The position numbers were made by a program, and so were the translations under genes. Below, in pieces: positions 15,701 through 20,000 of a DNA stretch of 20,000 nucleotides; position 1 is the stretch's first letter, and each line of letters begins with the position of its first letter. Under the pieces are notes generated by a model. It saw nothing but the letters and a program-made list of their open reading frames with translations. It made no database searches and was not told where the DNA came from. The DNA lies in IMG/VR virus record IMGVR_UViG_3300049215_000190; one strand, given 5' to 3'. Origin of the DNA: an uncultured virus (IMG/VR IMGVR_UViG_3300049215_000190). Lineage: Duplodnaviria > Heunggongvirae > Uroviricota > Caudoviricetes.

Positions 15701-16226
15701 AGCAGGTAGTGCGTCGGTTGCCGCAACTATGACGGGCACGGGAGCTACAATCGTAGGAGCAATTACTGCGAGCGCAACTGCTATTGTCGGAGCCATTACT
15801 GCCGGTGCCGCAACAGAAGATACGTTGCTTGTAGGGCTTAATGCTAAACCGAGCGTGTTGGGCACAACGTATAGTATGGGTGGTATTGTTCCGTCGGCCG
15901 CCGGTGGCATGGTAGTTGGAAGCAATGGGTCGGTTGGTGGTATGGGCGGGCAGCTTGCCGTAGTTCACGCCAAAGAGATGATTTTGCCGTCTCACTTGTC
16001 CAGGGGCATACAGAGTATTATTGACTCGGGCGGTGGTGTCGGCGGTGGACGAGGTGTAAATCAGTCAGCGAATTTGAATTACTCGCCGACAATTAACGCC
16101 GGTGGGCGTGGCCGAGGGGGCACAGGTATGACACGGGCAGAGTTGGGTCAAATGCTTTCCACCCACGGGGGAAGTATGCTAGGCGAAGCTCGAAATATGG
16201 TCCGAAATGGTTTTCGGGGCGGATAA
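12693..16226 (+). CDS. Tail tape measure protein
   Basis: 1177 aa, Ala/Gln/Lys-rich and helical. Core TGMSLQQYTSLQGA...AFRNLGIS...LLGRGFERLLPLIQNG. C-terminal PSAAGG...AVVHAKEMILP motif. Follows the chaperone pair. Confidence 0.92.
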   Translation: MSESNNLGIQITATSAATATIKQLENTVRALEGTLKALGGTAQDVGGKITNSLQNEINAINKEIAARSQQVESIKKVTAAIKEQGEEAKLTFSTLQENINRNLGLNVEREIYSAVDSSKILAKSLSAAAEADARFRDSELQTAKATEVATRAMQQQASVVRSMSGAQHFSYYTAKQGVGQTAISAQQSVSAFEQNGLTAKERQINSLKPASGETTQQTIERLTGVNRAVSESAKYWRELELAEIATGKAGVDSLGKPIPKVKPESGRSGGAVSNFLQKEMRHIVGLFDSLARGSRGSAMSAIGAAARDAGLGVGALATSMTALVGVMAGAAILHHAEEMGKWATQARAAATATGMSLQQYTSLQGALRGLGVSENEADTSLRKLAESMSKAVAEPTSLAAQAFRNLGISQEQLIKTNGNTYAGLQLLAQAQANTADGANKTANMNELLGRGFERLLPLIQNGAQGLDAMTAEQIKLGNALDEQGAQKLQAAGGAVDHLGAVLRGEGVSSMEAWSGAIIAVAHSLETLLRAVGAVVGSVGQLDTFLAKWTTVRYNFTGDKSKGPMLSFGPSAYERAQQDDKAAEGGETPAAGGAKAAVPALTPATSALEAMRQQAAQAALAAVQGAKTSQAAHTAASRAEIAVMEKTLASAQLTAREKTQLETEIANKKIALAEQGISTGAKAAKQEYADFAAAEKLKISEAGGSSAKILAIYDEWANAAKNKFKESAAVVTQIERDKVQEINKINLGLLEETRNNDLKQNQLNRYNIEIGQMRSPGYKFSTSDETPSQLRSKAANDIGEAQNIESSAQAQIAPFKTVAAAAQQGSDVQKKAQDDILAILTEARGQEVALYKQAGEAAEEAAKKAAAAFTSFFSSIGSAFQSFEDAALQAVIAPKQELIKQGLTTIKKNEGGMEVKQALSSMLMGGIKDASKGVTTALSNMLGSAISGTAGTSLSAALGQMVAKAVTNIAGQTAGNAVGSALGNAAGQTAGATATAAPITAAVTAGSASVAATMTGTGATIVGAITASATAIVGAITAGAATEDTLLVGLNAKPSVLGTTYSMGGIVPSAAGGMVVGSNGSVGGMGGQLAVVHAKEMILPSHLSRGIQSIIDSGGGVGGGRGVNQSANLNYSPTINAGGRGRGGTGMTRAELGQMLSTHGGSMLGEARNMVRNGFRGG

Positions 16227-16248
16227 TATAACTTAAAGGAAAAGTTGG

Positions 16249-16716
16249 ATGGAAATCTTTACGGTAGTTTGCGAAAACGTGGCTGTCACGGCAGGGCAAG
16301 ATGTGTTGGCGGCTTATGCGGCGAGCACAAAAAAGCTCCAACTGCTCGGGGTGGAACTTTCGGCCAGCGGTCAAACAACTGTCGGTAATTATCCGATCCG
16401 TTTACGTGGCTTGGCAGCGACGGTGACGACGGGAAGTGGTGGGTCTGCTGTGACGCCGCACAATGTTAACCCGGACGGCGCTACGGCAAGTTTCACTGCA
16501 CGTTCAAACGACACGACACATGCCAGCATGGCAACTGGGACGCCGGTGGATTTTGTGGCGAGCCAGTTTAATCCAATTAACGGATACTATTGGCAGCCAC
16601 CCGTGCCGGTTGGTGATGAACCGAAGATTGACCTTTCTGGCGCATTGGTTTTGTCGCTCGACAGTGTTACGGGTACGTTGAACGTCTCGGCCACAATGTG
16701 GCTGCGCGAGATTTAA
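16249..16716 (+). CDS. Hypothetical beta-rich virion (tail-region) protein
   Basis: 155 aa with AAGGA SD. Thr/Val/Ser-rich. First gene after the tape measure. Confidence 0.55.
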   Translation: MEIFTVVCENVAVTAGQDVLAAYAASTKKLQLLGVELSASGQTTVGNYPIRLRGLAATVTTGSGGSAVTPHNVNPDGATASFTARSNDTTHASMATGTPVDFVASQFNPINGYYWQPPVPVGDEPKIDLSGALVLSLDSVTGTLNVSATMWLREI

Positions 16717-16728
16717 CGGAACAATTCT

Positions 16729-18300
16729 ATGAGCACCATTTATCTCGACGGGTTCGACGACTACGGCCCGGCCGGGCTTATGTCGGGCTTATCAACACAG
16801 CAGTTGTTGAACAATAGCGGATGGACGTTCGGCAATGCCTATACCACCGCTTCGATTGTAGCCGGGATAAATGGTGAGAGCGGAAACGCACTTTATTTGC
16901 CCGGCATTAGTGGCGGAAATGGGACTGTAGTTTCCCGAACTTTGCCAGCAAACTATAATCGAGTTATTGGCGGCTTTCGCTTTAATTCGGCCCTTTTAGG
17001 AAACTTTGGCGTTTCTTTTGCTGATGCAAATACAAATCAATGTTCCGTGATTGTTGAAGCTGTTTCAGGCTTGATTTTTGTGGTCCAAGGCTATGGAAGT
17101 CCTACGTCAGCTAACATACTAGGCCAGAGCAATAATAGCGTTTCGGCCAACACAACGCATTATCTCGAATTTGATGCGACTTTTCAAACGAATGGAACCG
17201 GCGGTATAACTGTTTGGCTTGATGGGGTTCAGGTCTGCCAAGGCACGGGCATAACGAGCCAGAGCGGAAATGCTTGGGCGAATATGTTACAAATTTTGCA
17301 ACAACCTGTAGGTGTCGGCAGTTTGACTATAGACGATTTGTATTTGTTTAGCGCGACAGGTGCGGTTAATAATTCAGCCGTTTTGTCAAACCCAGTTATA
17401 TATACACAATTACCGACTGGTGATCATCAAACCCAGTTTAACAACATTGGGAATGTTGAAGGAAATTATTATTCCATAGGCGATACGCAATACGCAGTAT
17501 CACCGAATTTCTTGTATCTTATGGCGTTTACACCGAATGTTACTTGCACCGCAAACGACGTTGTTGTGCAGACTTATAATCAGGGAACGAATAGTTTAGC
17601 GCATAATAAAGCCGTGTTGTATAGCGACAGCGGCGGAGCGCCGAACACGCTTCTGTCCTCTGGAACCCAAGTTACGGGATTTGTTAACAATCAGCTTTTA
17701 ACCCTTCCGTTGTCCACGCCGACAGTTTTGACGGCAAATACACAATATTGGGCCGGTGTGATTGGAGACTCGAGCTGTGATTTTCAAACTTATGACGGAA
17801 TAAGTTACCTTGGCGGCAGCACGGTAACGACAACGAAGGGCGCAATAGCGGGAAACACGTATAGTTCTGGTGCGCCGAGCGCTGCGCCGAGCATGACGTA
17901 TGGCCAAGCTTCAGTTTTCCTTTATGTTACTTGCACAGGCGCAAGCACGAATTGGGAAAGCGTGGCGGTTAATCCTCCCGTGGGCGATAATTCGTCCGTG
18001 TCAGCAAATTCAGCCGGGGTGAGTGATTTATATACCTTTGCCAATTTGCCGACAAACATACAGGAAGTCTTTGCCGTAGGGGTTAAAGGCACGGCAAAAT
18101 TGACTATTGCAGGCGTGCATAAGCTTGATTTAATTACACTTTCAGGTTCAACAACAAGTGTAGGCAATACGGCAAGTATAGCGCCAACGCTAAACTATGC
18201 CGATTATGTGAGTTACTTCGACACTGATCCGAATACGTCTGTCTCTTGGACCGTCACCGGGGTTAATAACAGCTACAACGGCATCAGCGTAGCGAGCTAG
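16729..18300 (+). CDS. Tail-tip protein with concanavalin-A/LamG-like domain and an inserted beta-sandwich
   Basis: 523 aa. Motifs IYLDGFDDY, THYLEF, ITVWLDGVQV, IDDLYL and FDTDPNTSVSWT. Insert with AVLYSDSGGAPNTLL...LTANTQYWAG at ~17440-17940. Confidence 0.6.
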   Translation: MSTIYLDGFDDYGPAGLMSGLSTQQLLNNSGWTFGNAYTTASIVAGINGESGNALYLPGISGGNGTVVSRTLPANYNRVIGGFRFNSALLGNFGVSFADANTNQCSVIVEAVSGLIFVVQGYGSPTSANILGQSNNSVSANTTHYLEFDATFQTNGTGGITVWLDGVQVCQGTGITSQSGNAWANMLQILQQPVGVGSLTIDDLYLFSATGAVNNSAVLSNPVIYTQLPTGDHQTQFNNIGNVEGNYYSIGDTQYAVSPNFLYLMAFTPNVTCTANDVVVQTYNQGTNSLAHNKAVLYSDSGGAPNTLLSSGTQVTGFVNNQLLTLPLSTPTVLTANTQYWAGVIGDSSCDFQTYDGISYLGGSTVTTTKGAIAGNTYSSGAPSAAPSMTYGQASVFLYVTCTGASTNWESVAVNPPVGDNSSVSANSAGVSDLYTFANLPTNIQEVFAVGVKGTAKLTIAGVHKLDLITLSGSTTSVGNTASIAPTLNYADYVSYFDTDPNTSVSWTVTGVNNSYNGISVAS

Positions 18301-18310
18301 GAAGAAAACA

Positions 18311-18850
18311 ATGGCAGACAAGCTGATAGCGGTCGGGGTGTATAATGCCGTATGTCAAGATAAATACGGTAATGTGCTTTGGGAAGAAGAATTTGATAAT
18401 CTGTTGACGCAAGTCGGCAAAGCATTTTTACTTGACCAAGCCTTGAGCGGAAGCGCCTATACGGCGGCTGAATACATGGGTTTGATTTCAAGCACAAGTT
18501 TTTCCGCTATTAGCGGCGGCGATACAATGGCGAGTCACGCGGGATGGTTAGAAGCTGGCAGCGCAAACGCGCCGACGTATTCAGGCACGCGGGCAACGGT
18601 AGGTTGGAATGCATCGACGTTAAGCGGCGCAAGTGCATATAGCGCAACTAAAAGCCTGTCAGCGGCGTTGACGTTTACGTTTACGGGTTCTGGCACCGTT
18701 GAAGGAGCGTTTATAGTCGGCGGTAGTGGTGCAAGTGCCACAATAGGTAATACTGGCGGAACCTTGTATTCAGCCGGAGCGCTTGCTACGCCGCAGCCGG
18801 TAATAGCCACAAATACCATAACCTTGACGTATTCAACCACGTTGACCTAA
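18311..18850 (+). CDS. Phage tail structural protein (possible fibre-attachment/collar fold)
   Basis: 179 aa. GVYNAVCQDKYGNVLWEEEFDNLLTQVGKAFLL...GTLYSAG...TITLTYSTTL, a pattern seen in phage tail regions. Confidence 0.55.
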   Translation: MADKLIAVGVYNAVCQDKYGNVLWEEEFDNLLTQVGKAFLLDQALSGSAYTAAEYMGLISSTSFSAISGGDTMASHAGWLEAGSANAPTYSGTRATVGWNASTLSGASAYSATKSLSAALTFTFTGSGTVEGAFIVGGSGASATIGNTGGTLYSAGALATPQPVIATNTITLTYSTTLT

Positions 18851-18862
18851 AGGAAAAACCTT

Positions 18863-19882
18863 ATGTCTTTTCTTTTTGTAGGCGGAGAAGATACTAGCTA
18901 TGCATCAACTAACGGATTGAGCACGACAACTAATGGGTCTTATTATAGGTCAAACTTTTCGCGCATGGCGGCGGGAGTTAACGGGGGAAACACAGGCGTT
19001 CCGCTTGGAAGTTATCTTACATTTCCGTTCACAGCTACGCAAACTATTTGGGCGCATGGACAAGTATATCCGTCTACAAGCGGAGCAAATACAAACGGAG
19101 TATTGATAGCATTTAACGACTCAACGGGAACAGCACGTTTAGTTGTTCGAGTGGGAAACGGAACAAATCAATATAAAGTTAGCACCGTGACAGCGAGCGG
19201 AACCTTTGTAGATTTGGCCACAAGTGCTACGAATGTTTTAAATACTGGTGCCGTAGCTTCGGTTGATTTTAATATAACTTATTCAACTACCGGCTCGTTT
19301 ACGATGTATGTAAACGGGGTTTCTGTGTTAACATATTCCGGTGATTTAACCGCCGCCAGTGGTTTGACTACTCTTGGGGGAATTTCTCTTTCTGGCATAT
19401 CGCCTTATGGAACTACTTGGTGGTCAGAAATTGTAGTGTCCACGACTTCAACGCTCGGGTTGGGTCTTTGGACTTTGGCCCCAGCAGCGGCAGGTGCTAC
19501 GCAAGGATGGACACCGAATACCGTAGGTAACGTAAATCCGACAACAATTAATGATAGTAATTTTGTATCCACAACAACGGCTAATACTATATCAGAATGG
19601 ACTACTAACTCCACGGTTCCTTCGGGAACTTGGAGTGTATTGGCTTTAGCACAAGAAGCCCGAGTTCGTGTTGGAGCTACCGGGCCTCAACATTTTGAAT
19701 GGATTTTGCACGTTGGCGGAAGCGACTACACTCAAGGCAGTGTAGCACCACTTACATCATTTAGTAATTTTACCGCGGCGGCGAACAATGGAATTTGGAC
19801 AAATAACCCGAGCACCGGAAGCGCGTGGATAACAACAAATTTTGGAACCGGGTTTAATATCGGAATTGAGAGCACGACGTAA
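18863..19882 (+). CDS. Tail-tip protein, LamG-like paralog of 16729..18300
   Basis: 339 aa with AAGGA SD. Colinear motifs FLFVGGED, FTMYVNGVSV, WWSEIVV and TNNPSTGSAW. Confidence 0.6.
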   Translation: MSFLFVGGEDTSYASTNGLSTTTNGSYYRSNFSRMAAGVNGGNTGVPLGSYLTFPFTATQTIWAHGQVYPSTSGANTNGVLIAFNDSTGTARLVVRVGNGTNQYKVSTVTASGTFVDLATSATNVLNTGAVASVDFNITYSTTGSFTMYVNGVSVLTYSGDLTAASGLTTLGGISLSGISPYGTTWWSEIVVSTTSTLGLGLWTLAPAAAGATQGWTPNTVGNVNPTTINDSNFVSTTTANTISEWTTNSTVPSGTWSVLALAQEARVRVGATGPQHFEWILHVGGSDYTQGSVAPLTSFSNFTAAANNGIWTNNPSTGSAWITTNFGTGFNIGIESTT

Positions 19883-19887
19883 ATCTA

Positions 19888-20000
19888 ATGTCCGAAAGTA
19901 TCTCAAAGCTTGTAAGCTATGTTGCCTTAGTTAGCCAAACAGAAGATACGTCAAAACTTGTAAGCTATGTTGCTTTAGCTGGCCAAACAGAAGATACGTC
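19888..20000 (+). CDS. 5' part of a repeat-containing protein, truncated by the window end
   Basis: ATG 19888 is open to the end: MSESISKLVSYVALVSQTEDTSKLVSYVALAGQTEDT. Absent from the ORF track because no stop is reached. Confidence 0.6.
   Translation, partial: MSESISKLVSYVALVSQTEDTSKLVSYVALAGQTEDT
19903..20000 (+). repeat. 48-nt tandem direct repeat (16 aa, SKLVSYVALxxQTEDT)
   Basis: 19903-19950 and 19951-19998 differ at 4 of 48 positions (AAG/AAA, GCC/GCT, GTT/GCT, AGC/GGC). The last two bases (TC) match the start of a third copy. Confidence 0.9.

Noticed and set aside
4434..16226. Gene transfer agent, tailocin or contractile injection system
   Set aside because: No sheath or contractile baseplate genes, a full head module is present, and the tape measure and capsid are much larger than RcGTA types.
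19903..20000. Possible CRISPR array
   Set aside because: Repeats are contiguous with no spacers, their length is a multiple of 3 in an open frame, and no cas genes are present.
1..20000. Diversity-generating retroelement, invertible fibre cassette, tRNA or integrase
   Set aside because: I saw no reverse transcriptase, recombinase, adenine-specific repeat pair or cloverleaf in this window.

Overview
The window is one co-directional (+ strand) morphogenesis operon of a tailed dsDNA phage or prophage. It looks siphovirus-like: there is a tail tube, a frameshifted chaperone and a 1177-aa tape measure, and no sheath. Order: three fibre/spike-like genes (10-4412), prohead protease-scaffold fusion, major capsid protein, intrinsic terminator, CxxCxxCC (YkgJ-like) protein, coiled-coil protein, head-tail adaptor, neck, tail terminator, tail tube, chaperone G/GT pair, tape measure, four beta-rich tail-tip genes and a truncated repeat gene. 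The most unusual part is the fibre/spike cluster upstream of the head genes, where two proteins carry Sec-type signal peptides and paired cysteines. Other points of interest are a nested scaffold start, a ~75-aa domain shared by adaptor and tail tube, and paralogous lectin-like tail-tip genes. All product calls come from motif recognition and synteny; no database searches were run, and the host cannot be determined from this window.
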